From assembly GCA_951406725.2 (NCBI GenBank), contig OX597830.1:13950001-14014000 (forward strand): 64,000 nt of DNA. The letters are read 5' to 3'. The translations under genes and the position numbers were made by a program. Under the pieces are notes generated by a model, which saw nothing but the letters and a program-made list of their open reading frames with translations, made no database searches and was not told the origin of the DNA. Numbering within the stretch: the first letter of the stretch is position 1; every line of letters begins with the position of its first letter. Source of the stretch: Octopus vulgaris (lineage: Eukaryota). Shown here one piece after another: positions 1-12,455 of this stretch.

Positions 1-770
1 TGGCTATGATAAAACGCTATGGAAAAGGTGAAAAAGTGATAACAATTGCACGATCTTTTGGGATGAGTCGCACAACTGTATCGATGATTGTACGTAATAA
101 GGACAAGATTTTAGGACATATGAAATCTGAAGCCCTAGGGATGAAGAATCTTGTAATCAATAAAAAAGGAGACAAAATCTTTGAAGAAATGGTAAGTCTT
201 CTTTCTGAATAGATTGTTAGGTTGAATCAGGTTTGCTACTATTAGTCAAGAAATCATTCATGAGAAAGGGTTGTCTTAATTTGAAGACCCGAAGAAAAAT
301 ATTCAAATAAAGAAAAAATATCCAAGGCAAGTGAAGGATGGTTCATGAGATTTAAGGAGCGAAGAAGTTATCACTCCATTAAGAAGCAAAGTGAAAGTGC
401 ATCATCTGATGAACAAGCAGCAGCGGAATTTCCTAATGCATTAAAGAAAATCATCGAAGAAAACCGGTTCCATCCGGAACAGATTTTTAACGTAGACGAA
501 ACTGGATTGCATTGGAAAAAGTGGCCAGACCGTTCATTCATTTCCAAGGAGTAAAATACTATTCCAGGCTACAAGGTCTCAAAAGAACGTGTGACCATTA
601 TGTTGGGAGGTAATTCTAGCAGGAGTTTTTAAATTGAAGCCATTGCTTGTGTATCATGTACACAAACCCTGTGCCGTGAAGAACATACCCAAATCATCTC
701 TCCCTGTTATATGGATGGCTAATTCAAAAGCATGGGTTACTGTTGTTGTTTTTGAAGATTGGTTACTATG
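1..770 (+). pseudogene. Decayed Tigger/pogo (CENP-B-like HTH + DDE_1) transposase, 5' end outside window
   Basis: Frames give KRYGKGEKVITIARSFGMSRTTVSMIVRNKDKI (HTH), GWFMRFKERR, EQIFNVDETGLHWKK and GYKVSKERVTIMLGGN, with several stops and frameshifts. Confidence 0.9.
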
Positions 771-1010
771 GTCACGGCTGCGTGGGGTTCGGTTATAAAT
801 AAAACAAAAAATATACATTGTGCACAGGACATCACCAACGAGTGAAAAATACGTAAACACACGAGAGAAAAGTACAGGACAAAATGCCAAGAGAATATAA
901 CTCCTCATCAGTTGTCGGACTATTTATTACTCCTATTTCGTGCTTTCAACGGCAATATAGGGAAACTTCATAAGACAGCAGCATCCAGAAAATTAAAAGA
1001 CACATATACA
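771..1010 (-). mobile_element. Short repeat fragment, possibly a Penelope-like 3' end, truncating the Tigger remnant
   Basis: Abrupt end of transposase similarity; abuts a (TA)n tract; minus strand carries GAAA and CTGATGA boxes but no complete hammerhead. Confidence 0.3.
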
Positions 1011-1107
1011 CACATATATATACATACATATACATATATATATATATATATATATACATATACATACATATATATATATATCTTATATATATATATTTAT
1101 ATGTATA

Positions 1108-1265
1108 CAGGAGTGGCTGTGTGGTAAGTAGCTTGCTTACCAACCACATGGTTCCGGGTTCAGTCCCACTGCGTGGCACCTTGAGCAACTGTCTTCTACT
1201 ATAGCCTCGGGCCGACCAAAGCCTTGTGAGTGGATTTGGTAGACGGAAACTGAAAGAAGCCCGTC

Positions 1266-1301
<36 letters not shown>

Positions 1302-1540
1302 TGTGTGTGTGTGTGTGTGTATGTTTGTGTGGCTGAGTTTGTCCCCCCAACATCGCTTGACAACCGATGCTGGTGTGTTTACGTTTCCGTCACTTAACGG
1401 TTCGGCAAAAGAGACCGATAGAATAAGTACTAGGCTTACAAAGTATAAGTCCTGGGATCGATTTGCTCGACTTAAGGTGGTACTCCAGCATGGCCAAAGT
1501 CAAATGACTGAAACAAACAAAAGGATAAAAGAATACAGAA
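1108..1540 (+). mobile_element. tRNA-derived SINE family A (CORE-like segment, internal (TA)/(TG) microsatellite)
   Basis: A-box-like TGGCTGTGTGG, B-box-like GGTTCAGTCCC, then GTGGCACCTTGAGCAA; near-identical copies at 10151, 11160, 31735 and 58735. Confidence 0.9.
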
Positions 1541-1551
1541 TATCTTACTAA

Positions 1552-2506
1552 ACTAGCCGTGACCCGTTAGGTCACCAATAGTTCGAAGTATTTTGGGAAC
1601 CCGTGGTCCGATTTATGCGAAACTTCTGTTATTCCTTGTGTACTCACATTTCATTGTTACCTTACTTTCAGAGCATTTTCCCCATTATACGCCGATTTGG
1701 TTATTTATAAAAGTACCCGAAAAGCCGCGTGTCTCGGTCACGCGTAAACGGCTCCTTTCTTCAGAAAAGGAAATATTTGGCTGCTATTTCTTGCACGCCC
1801 TGCTGCCAGGTAACAGCTATTTCAGGTCCTTTGTCACAAATAGCTGTTACGTGGTAGCGGGGTATGCTAGAAATAGCAACCAAATCTTTCGAAGTGAGAT
1901 ACGTTGAGTGAACTCCAATAAAACCTATGGAAAAAATATGTCACACCGAGGTTACGAACGGATCTTTTATGAAATATTTAGCGTATTTTTGGTGCCATTT
2001 TCACTAAAAAAAATTTTAATATACCAAAAAATAGTTTTTGTAAAGCTATTTATTTGAAAATAATTTTTAAAAAGATTAAAATATTGTCTGCTGAAAGAAA
2101 GGTAAAATATAAATACTTACTCTACAAACAGCTTACATTTTTGAAATCACATTCACTTTAAAATATTTGTAAATAATTAAAATATTGTGTTTAACAAAAG
2201 CGAAAATAGAGACATTTACTGTAAAAAAACAACTCGTAGTTTTTCGTTGGCAAATCATTAATTCTTTTGACTATCATAACCGAAAGGTTAGAGTTTTTTT
2301 CCCTTTCAAGGTTAAGTTATTTTCTGAGTATTTTCCAGTTATGCATCCTTTTGGGTATTTATATCCCCAAAACACCAGATATTTCAGGATTTGCGCGAAA
2401 CTTGTTTTCTTCTGTTAGGAAGACCTTAATTCATAGTATTTTCCCATTATGTGCCAGTTTGGCTGCGTAACACTGCAAGAAGGCAAGATTCAAGTTCAAT
2501 TTTAAT
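1552..2506 (+). mobile_element. Putative non-autonomous Helitron/Helentron-like element
   Basis: Starts ACTAG followed by hairpin GTGACC-cgtta-GGTCAC; internal degenerate repeats (about 1660-1720 vs 2310-2460); same start architecture as the element at 11773. Confidence 0.35.
1775..1885. repeat. 48-bp-arm inverted repeat, 15-nt loop
   Basis: 1775-1822 pairs with 1838-1885: 41 Watson-Crick and 3 G-U pairs on the + strand. Confidence 0.95.
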
Positions 2507-2519
2507 ATTATATGTGCGT

Positions 2520-2551
<32 letters not shown>

Positions 2552-2558
2552 ATACACA

Positions 2559-2595
<37 letters not shown>

Positions 2596-2939
2596 TATCT
2601 GTATGTATGATTTTTAAGTCTCCACTCAGCCTGCTGATTCTTCAGGAGAGCAACTACAATTTTCACTACAATGGTGTAATTAGGATTAAACCTCAAAATA
2701 TATTGGTTAAATATATGAGTGTGTTTGTGACTGTATGAGTACTAAGTTAATGTTCTATTTTGAAGACTGATTCAGTTCTTCAAAGTGTGATCTGGTATCA
2801 GCTAAGCTAGGGTGGTAAAAGATATTCCCTTAAGTTGCTCAGAGCTAAAAAATAAATAATCAGTCACTCAAGTTTATTTGTTTCGTATTTTCCTGAGATG
2901 AGCTGGATTATTCCTCCAGAATATTAACGCAGTTTTTAA

Positions 2940-3105
2940 AGCGGTGGGCTTGTAGAATCGTTAGCACGCCGGGCAAAATGCTTAGCGCCATTTCGTCCGT
3001 CTTCACATTCTGAGTTGAAATTCCGCCTTTCATCCTTTAGGTTTAATCGTCTTAGTTCACCCCCTGAAATTGCTGGCCTTGTGCCAAAATATGAAAGCAA
3101 TATTG
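2940..3105 (+). mobile_element. SINE family B (Meta-domain-like), degenerate
   Basis: GAATCGTTAGCACGCCGGGC head and GCCTTTCATCC core. Confidence 0.8.
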
Positions 3106-4734
3106 ACGCAATTTAAAAGTTAGTATCAGTATATGAAAGAACTCAGAAAAACTTATTGAAGATAAAAATCATCTTTATCAGCCGCCTCTACTAGCCATCA
3201 GAGAAACTTTTGAACACGCTTATGTGCAGAATCTAACTGATAACTATTCTAATTGCCTAAATATTGAAGTAATAAACTCCTCCGTAATTTGAGCGCACAT
3301 CTTGTTAAAAACTGAAATACCATCGCCACATTATTTTCATAGAGTAAAATAAGATACGATATATACGACAATGCAAAATATTTCAGTGAAAGATATCGAA
3401 ATTATATAAAATTCCAATGCAATTTTATATCAAGAATCTACTAAATTAAACGTAATGAGAACTAGTTTAATATAATGTTTTAAAATTTTAATGTAATGTT
3501 TTAATATTATGTTTTCTTCAGTCTGGTGTATAACGGTTATGATTGCGTGATATAGCTCGGTAGGAAAACAAGGAAAAAATTTATCAGAAGCCTGACATCC
3601 ACTATGCAAGTCCTAAGTATAGTTTAAGTATTAATTAAAAACAAAGAATTTTCGTTATGAGTAATATTCCCTTGAGGTGAGGAGGTGCCGGCGGTTAATA
3701 AAATTTAAGATCCGCCCAGAATTATATCCTGGGAAAAATATCATAGAAGTATCATTCCATTTATGTATATGATAGAAAACATCTTCTCCTGTGCTCACGA
3801 TACACCGCCAGGCGCTATTGAAGCTAAAACTTCAACAAGTTTATTTTATAAGCAATAAATCTTAAAAGTTATGAACAAAAACTTTCTTTAGGGATTTATA
3901 TTTGAATAAAAAACAAAACAAAAATATAAAAACAAAATAGTTATCATATAAATACAAACAAGTAAAACATGAAATTGTATGGACATTAAGAGGGTAAAAA
4001 CAAAGGCTTGCACGATAATCTTAAGGCAAAAATGTTTTTTATTTATTTTTCAATTTCTTATTTTAAAATTCAATATTATTTTAAGTATAATGAATGATGA
4101 TTTATGAGAAGACACAGAAAGAAACAAGTGCTGATAAGTAGTGGGGGTTCATTGCCGAGAAAAGGGGAAGAAAACAAGAGAAACAGCAATAAAATCAAAT
4201 ATTGTTTCAACTTGCTGCTAGCGGATTCTTTTAGTCACATTGCTTTCAAGAGAGATAAAAAATAATATTCTGGATTCATGTTTTGAGCAAAATTTCGCAA
4301 GTTATAACTGTTTTATTTTAGTCTTAACAGATTCCAGACTATTATATGAAGGTCTCATAAATCTTGTTTATCTGAAACCAATGTTATTTGATAGTCATTT
4401 CATTTCACAATATAAGATAGAAAGATCTACTCAGCACACCGGAGTCAGTTTATTTCTTGTTCTACTATTATCCTTGGAAAACTTTTTTTAATATTTAACC
4501 TCAGAAAAACAGAGCTCCAAATACATTAAACATAACCACATCACTAACAATTTGTCAGAATCACCACTTTATTATATCGTATCTGTATCAAATCACTTCA
4601 CGTTTATCACAATTTCATGCATTATTTTTTCTCAAACCATCCGAACAAGGGAGATTTAATAAGTGGCAAACCAGCAGAGAATTCATGTTTGTGATTGCTC
4701 CATAGTCACAATGGGGTATTTTATATATACTTAT

Positions 4735-5149
4735 AAGGCGGTGAGCTGGCAGAAACGTTAGCACACCGGGCGAAATGCTTAGCGGTATTTCGTCTGCCGT
4801 TACGTTGAGTTCAAATCCTGCCGAGGTCGACTTTGCCTTTCATCCATTCGGGGTCGATAAATTAAGTACCAGTTACGCACTGGGGTCGATGTAATCGACT
4901 TAATACCTATGTCTGTCCTTGTTTGTGCCCTTTATGTTTAGCCCCTTGTGGGTAATAAAGAAATAGGTATTTCGTCTGCCGCTACGTTCCGAGTTCAAAT
5001 TCCGCCGAGGTCGACTTTGCCTTTCATCCTTTCGGGGTCGATAAAATAAATACCATTTACGCACTGGGGTCGATATAATCGACTTAATCCGTTTGTCTGT
5101 CCTTGTTTGTCTTCTCTGTGTTTAGCCCCTTGTGGGTAGTAAAGAAATA
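4735..5149 (+). mobile_element. SINE family B tandem dimer with 20-bp TSD
   Basis: Two core+tail units; TSD GGTATTTTATATATACTTAT at 4715-4734 and 5150-5169. Confidence 0.95.
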
Positions 5150-5464
5150 GGTATTTTATATATACTTATTTCGCATTTCAAGTTAGGTCAGTTTCAAGTT
5201 AGGTCAGGTCCAACGCAGAGTCGAAAATTTATTTCCACTTGCTTCGTGTGACCTCCGAATTTTTGATAATTTTTTTTTGCTGCTAGTTCCAGCTTCATAT
5301 CTTTCATTAGTAGAATATTTACCAGTTAACCCCGCTCCTCTACCATTGTTTGTGAGCAAATTCTTTGGGAACATCTACAGCCACTGTGTATATTATGAAA
5401 CTTTCACCTGATATTATTCATCATATTTGCAAATATATTTATAATGGATGTCTATCATCATATA

Positions 5465-5670
5465 TTGGTTTCAAATGTTGGCACAAGGCCAGCACTTTTG
5501 GAGGAGGGTCCCAGCCGATTAAATCGACCCCGGTGCCCAACTGCTACTCATTGTATCGACCCCGAAAGGATGAAAGGCAAAGTCAAATTAGGCAGAATTT
5601 GAACGTGAGAGACAGACGAAATATCTCTTAGCATTTTGTCCAGCGTAATAACGATTCTGTCAGCTCGCTG
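5465..5670 (-). mobile_element. SINE family B
   Basis: Reverse-complement core ATCGACCCCGAAAGGATGAAAGGCAAAGTC. Confidence 0.85.
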
Positions 5671-5749
5671 CTTTTGCTTATCGTCAAATATGGGCTCTAG
5701 TTTTTGTAGAGGGAGTTTTTAGTACGCTATTTATTCCGCTGATAATCAT

Positions 5750-5935
5750 GCATACATCCATACGTAGATACATGCATACATACATACATACATACATACA
5801 TACTCTCATACTTACATACATACATACATACATACATACTCTCATACTTACATACATACATACATACAAACATACATAAATACATACTCTCATACTTACA
5901 TACATACATACATACATACATACAAACATACATAC
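5750..5935 (+). repeat. (CATA)n microsatellite with higher-order unit
   Basis: The interruption CTCTCATACTTA recurs three times. Confidence 0.95.
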
Positions 5936-5939
5936 AATA

Positions 5940-6385
5940 GATGGGTAAGTGCAATCAAAATTTCAAGAAAAACTGAACATTTATGGCGAATTTATTCGGA
6001 ATTTACAGTTCTTGTTTCCTGACTATGAATTCTTTTTTGCAGTTATCATCATAGGTACATTAAGTTATGTACCAACAAATTTTCACAAAACCCTAGAAGC
6101 ACATGCTTTCACGAAAAAAGAGCAAAAGAAACTGGCGCGGATTCTCTAAATCCAATCTATTAGTGGTAGAGTGAAGATGTGTAAGACGTTCAAAAATTCT
6201 CCATCTGAGATTCTGATGTGAACAGATGCACACACTTGGGTGTATGCTTCGGCAGCTTAACCAACACACCAACTCAACCACATATTCACAAGCATCGGGA
6301 ACACTCTTAACTTAAAAGTCTTGTTATTTTGTTAGCAACCAGCTCTCTCCCAAGAACTTAAATTAAACTCAAAGAAAAAAAACCT
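5940..6385 (+). mobile_element. 3' end of RLE-type (R4/Dong-like) non-LTR retrotransposon embedded in (CATA)n
   Basis: KFQEKLNIYGEFIRNLQFLFPDYEFFFAVIIIGTLSYVP...IQSISGRVKMCKTF matches the RLE C-terminus pattern; CATA repeats on both sides. Confidence 0.75.
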
Positions 6386-6436
6386 GCATACAAATACATA
6401 TGAATACATACATACATACTCATATATATCTTTTAA

Positions 6437-6757
6437 AGACTCCGTCGGTTACGACGACGAGGGTCCCAGCTGATACGATCAACGGAACAGCTTGCTCGTG
6501 AAATTAACGTGCAAATGGCTGAGCATTCCACAGACACGTGTACCCTTAACGTAGTTCTCGGGGATAATCAGCGTGACACAGAGAGTGACAAGGCTGACCC
6601 TTTGAAATACAAGTACAACTCATTTTTGCCAGCTGAGTGGACTGGAGCAACGTGAAATAAAGTGTCTTGCTCAAGGACACAACGCGTCGCCGGGAATCGA
6701 ACTCACAACCTTACGATCATGAGCCGAATGCCCTAACCACTAAGCCACGCACCCTCA
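6437..6757 (-). mobile_element. tRNA-derived SINE family C' (V-domain-like core)
   Basis: Minus strand GTGGCTTAGTGGTTAG (A box), GAGTTCGATTCCC (B box), GTTGTGTCCTTGAGCAAGACAC; 3' half shared with 25892 and 52272. Confidence 0.9.
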
Positions 6758-7062
6758 CACTCATATATATACACACATACATTCATGCATACATACTTAT
6801 ACGTATGTGCGTACGTATATATAATATATAAATACATTTTTATATGCATACGTGCATACATATAATGTATGCTAGGTGCGTACCTGCATACATATATGCA
6901 TGCATGCGTAGACATTATATGCATACGCGCATACATGTGTCTTGAAGCTGCAGAGTAAGACTATATTATCATGTTTTAATTTGACGATCTCTCTCTTTCT
7001 CTTAAAAATAGTACATGCTGTTGTCGTTTTCGTTTGGTCACAGTTGATCTCTGACCGAGAGA

Positions 7063-7151
7063 ACATAATTTCTAGGTAACTAAAAAATTTAAACTTCGTA
7101 TACTTGGTAGAATGTATTTATAAAACATCTTTTTCTCTTGGGTTTATCGAG
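7063..7151 (+). mobile_element. Internal fragment of the 8-bp-TSD MITE family
   Basis: Matches about 33005-33092 and 36633-36721. Confidence 0.85.
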
Positions 7152-8002
7152 TGCAGATACGAGCAGCATATGGGAACCGGTATTTAAGTGTAGGTCTAAG
7201 GAAAGTTGGATGGTAGCTGGGTTCCGCAGGTTTTAGGCGATATAAATAGTGACGTTTCCTGCATGAGACTATGTGTGATTAGAAATAACATCAAGCAAAG
7301 TAAGATAGAGAGTGTGGAAAATAACAGAAAGTTAGGGTACACCAGAGTTGCTAGCTTTCTGGTTGGAGAAGCCTCTTTGATGAATCGTGCATGGGACCAT
7401 TCTAACAAGAAATTTCTGACTAGAGAAATGAGTGGCGGATGAAGCATGTAGGAGATGCAAATGCAGGTACACATCGAATACTTTACTATTATCCAGAACA
7501 CCAATTTCTCTTCCAGCGAAGCCTTCAAGAGTGAAAGATCGCTGGTTATATGAAAACAAGATTCAAGTGATCTACATAGAAAGCAAACCTGTGATAAGTG
7601 ATGAGGCAGTGAGTCAGAAACTAATGAAAGAAGCGATGTTACAGGTATTATATTTGTGTTTTTGAAATTGAGCCACAAACTAGGGGTTGGGAAAATCAAG
7701 AATGTTTTCCTCTTTACATATGAGAAATAATAAAAATAATGGAAGCTACGATGGGCATGTGCAAAGAATAGCATTGCTGTTCCTTAGTGCATTTTGGATG
7801 GGCCAGAAGTGAATCATTGTTGCTGCTAAATTAAATTCTGCATTAGGGTAATAAACTCTCACCATAATGTAAACATATGAGACTTCAATATACATACATA
7901 CATATATACAAACACACACACACACACACACACTTGCTTGCAAACATACATAGGTAGCTAGATAAATATAACGCATGCATATATCTGTGTATGTCTGTGA
8001 AC

Positions 8003-8076
<74 letters not shown>

Positions 8077-8200
8077 GACTTTACCGTGAGAGAATATGAA
8101 TTTATGTCTTTTAGGCATTAAAGTGGTCGAAACAGGGCTCGTAGTTTATAGGATAATCTTTAAAATCCATTGATTTAGGGGACAAATGATCTTGACTAGC

Positions 8201-8236
<36 letters not shown>

Positions 8237-8809
8237 ATACATATATGTGCGTGTGTGAGTGTGTGTGTGTGTGTGTGAGTGTGTGTGTATGAGTGTGTGT
8301 GTGAGTGTGTGTGCTTGCGTGAGTCTGTGTACTGAAATGCATACACGTATATAAGCCATCCATACATCCATAAATACATATACACAATCAAGCTATCTCA
8401 ATCGCTGATTTACATAGTTCAACTCTATTGTGAGGCACACTCCCTTCACTCAAACATAACTTATATTTTTCACATTTTTTTTGAAATTCTAAATCAATAG
8501 ATAATATATTTTTCGTCATAGCGTATCAGCAAACTTTCAGCTAGGATTTTATTTGTTGTTTTTGTTACTGTTTTTCATTTAATTGTTTTTAGCTATATCG
8601 CCGTGGTAACAAAAAGGGGCACTCATATTTTCATTTAAGTGATTCATCTGTCCTCCATTCTCTACATACATTCATACATACATACATACATACATACATA
8701 CATACATACATACATACATACATACATACATACATCTATGCATATATGTGTGTGTGTGAGTGTGTGTGTGCGCCGAGTATGCGTTTGTATATATATATAC
8801 ATATACACA

Positions 8810-8900
<91 letters not shown>

Positions 8901-10150
8901 TTTTGTTTGCATGTATGTATGTGTTTTGTGTATATGTGTGTGTTTATGTGTGTGTGTATGTGTGTATGTGTGAGTGTGTGAGTATGTGTGTGTTGATTTT
9001 GAATTACTGAGCTTCATTTATATGAAACTGAATCAATGAAAATATATATATTTTGAAAACAAAAAAAACAAAAAAAACAACAATCAACAACTATGAAGAA
9101 CGATTTACAAAAGTGAAATAACATAAAATAAAAAAAAATTTCGAGAAAAAAAATGGCTTCGATATATAACATCAAATTAGCAATTACTATGGCAACAGTA
9201 ATTTGTGATTAATTCAGAATATAAACATGCGAAACGACGTTCGTTTCTTTCTCTTTTTTTTTGTTTTGTTAAAAAAGCAAACTTTTATAACATATGAACA
9301 TTTAAGCATTAAACATCCCTCTGCGAGTTATCAGTTATTGGTTTACCAGCATTTTTGAAAAAAAAAAGAAAAAAGAAAAAAAACATGAAAATTAAAATAA
9401 AAAATAAAAATAAATAGGTAAAAAGCTAAAGAATCTATCTTTGAAGAATACTATCATTGTTAAAATTTCCTTAGCAGACCGAGAGTCAATTGTTTTTTTT
9501 TTTCAATTTAAAAAATTTTTTTGTCTCTTTTCTCATACGTTGTTTTATTCATTTCTTTTAGTGGTTACAGAATATCCGGTTTCTTTCGGCTTATTTCACA
9601 GGAAATGAAATCACACGTGTATTCTTTGCCAGGATCTCGAATGCGTAAATCAAAAAAAAAAAAAAATTAAAAAAACCCTCAACTCACAGAATATCTGCTT
9701 CTTTTTTTTTTTCCACCCGCAGACATATCTTGTCGATCATTTTTCAAGTCTGATTTTCATCTTTTTCTTTATATATACTCGCAAAATTCTAGAATACACA
9801 TATGAATTGACGAAACAAAAATTTCAGATGAAAATAAATAAATTGCTGGAGATTTCTTTAAATGTTCTTTTATGATGCTGCAGTTCTACATTATCATTGT
9901 TCCATTGTGTCGTATTTGTTAATCTAATTTCTGTGTTTCCATAAATAACAAAATTTTCAAAGTCAAATCTAGATTTTTATGCGTATTTACGAAGCAGTAC
10001 TTGTGTTTTTCGGGAATAAATTTGTTAACTCACCCTCAAAGTGCTATGTATTTCAGAGTTGATAAAATTAAGACAAACTCTTAAAGGTGACAAAGTCCAT
10101 TTAGCGAAACGAGAAAAAAGAATAACAGAGGGCAACAAATATAAATTTTA

Positions 10151-10565
10151 TAGGAGCAGGATTGGCTGTGTGGTAAGTAGCTTGCTAACCAACCACACGG
10201 TTTCGGGTTCAGTCCCACTGCGTGGCATCTTGGGCAAGTGTCTTCTACTATAGCCTCGGCCGACCAAAGCCTTGTGAGTGGATTTGGTAGACGGAAACTG
10301 AAAGAAGCCTGTCGTATATATGTATATATATGTGTGTGTGTATGTGTTTGTGTGTCTGTGTTTGTCCCCCTAGCATTGCTTGACAACCGATGCTGGTGTG
10401 TTTAAGTCCCCGTCACTTAGCGGTTAGGCAAAAGAGACCGATAGAATAAGTACTGGGCTTACAAAAAATAAGTCCCGGGGTCGATTTGCTCGACTAAAAG
10501 GCGGTGCTCCAGCATGGCCGCAGTCAAATGACTGAAACAAGTAAAAGAGTAAAAGAGTAAAAAGA
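10151..10565 (+). mobile_element. SINE family A
   Basis: Full head-core-microsatellite-tail ending in (GTAAAAGA)n. Confidence 0.95.
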
Positions 10566-10745
10566 GTAAATTTACTTGAGGTTTTCCCTAATAGCTGAAA
10601 AGAAATATAAACTTTGTTACATATTTTATTGTTCCAGAAAGAGCGAAAAACAAAATAGACGTTGGCGGGGTTTGAACTGGGTATTGTAAAAATCCGGAAG
10701 AAGTGCCACTCAGAACTGCATCTGACGCATTTACGATTCTGCTTC

Positions 10746-10852
<107 letters not shown>

Positions 10853-11026
10853 TAATAATGAGAACTGTTGCTGCTCATGTATTTTAATTTTAAAAAAAAC
10901 AAAAAAAAAACGAACTATTGAGTTTGGTTTAATGGCCTACCAATGTATACTATGAGTTTCTTTGTCCTAGGAGTCGGGAAGACACTCGGCAAGAAATGGA
11001 AGCAAATTTGAAAGAAGAAAAAAAAA

Positions 11027-11142
<116 letters not shown>

Positions 11143-11159
11143 TATTATTATTATTATAA

Positions 11160-11543
11160 GCGCAGGAGTAGCTGTATGGTAAGGAGCTTGTTTACCAACC
11201 ACATGGTTCCGGGTTCAGTCCCACTGCGTGGCATCTTGGACAAGTGTCTTCTACTATAGCCTCGGGCCGACGAAAGCCCTGTGAGTGGATTTGGTAGACG
11301 GAAACTGAAAGAAGCCTGTCGTATATATGTATATATATGTGTGTGTGTATGTGTTTGTGTGTCTGTGTTTGTCCCCCTAGCATTGCTTGCCAACCGATGC
11401 TGGTGTGTTTACGTCCCCGTCACTTAGCGGTTCGGCAAAAGAGACCGATAGAATAAGTCCCGGGGTCGATTTGCTCGATTAAAGGCGGTTCTCCAGCATG
11501 GCCGCAGTCAAATGACTGAAACAATTAAAAGAGTAAAAGAGTA
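11160..11543 (+). mobile_element. SINE family A
   Basis: As above, with a short deletion in the 3' module. Confidence 0.95.
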
Positions 11544-11544
11544 A

Positions 11545-11758
11545 TCCTTTCTATTATAGGCACAAGGTCTCATATTTATGGGGAGGGGCAAAGTCGATTA
11601 CATCGATCCCATTGCGTAACTGGTACTTATAATATTCACCTCGAAAGGATAAAATACAAAGTTGACCTCGGTGGAATTTGCACTCAGAACGTAAAGACGA
11701 GCGAAACACAGCTAAGCATTTCGTCCAGCGTGCTAACGACTCTGCCAGATTGCCAACT
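11545..11758 (-). mobile_element. SINE family B, tail-to-tail with the family A copy
   Basis: Reverse-complement head and core. Confidence 0.85.
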
Positions 11759-11772
11759 TGATAATAATAATA

Positions 11773-12455
<683 letters not shown>

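Noticed and set aside
895-960. GAAA...CTGATGA boxes on the minus strand (also at 48205-48260 minus and 39348-39376 plus)
   Set aside because: The boxes are in type II order but I could not build stems I-III with a valid NUH site
7170-7820. ORFs with CRRC and a 192-aa minus-strand ORF
   Set aside because: Possibly a decayed LINE zinc-finger region, but too degenerate to assign
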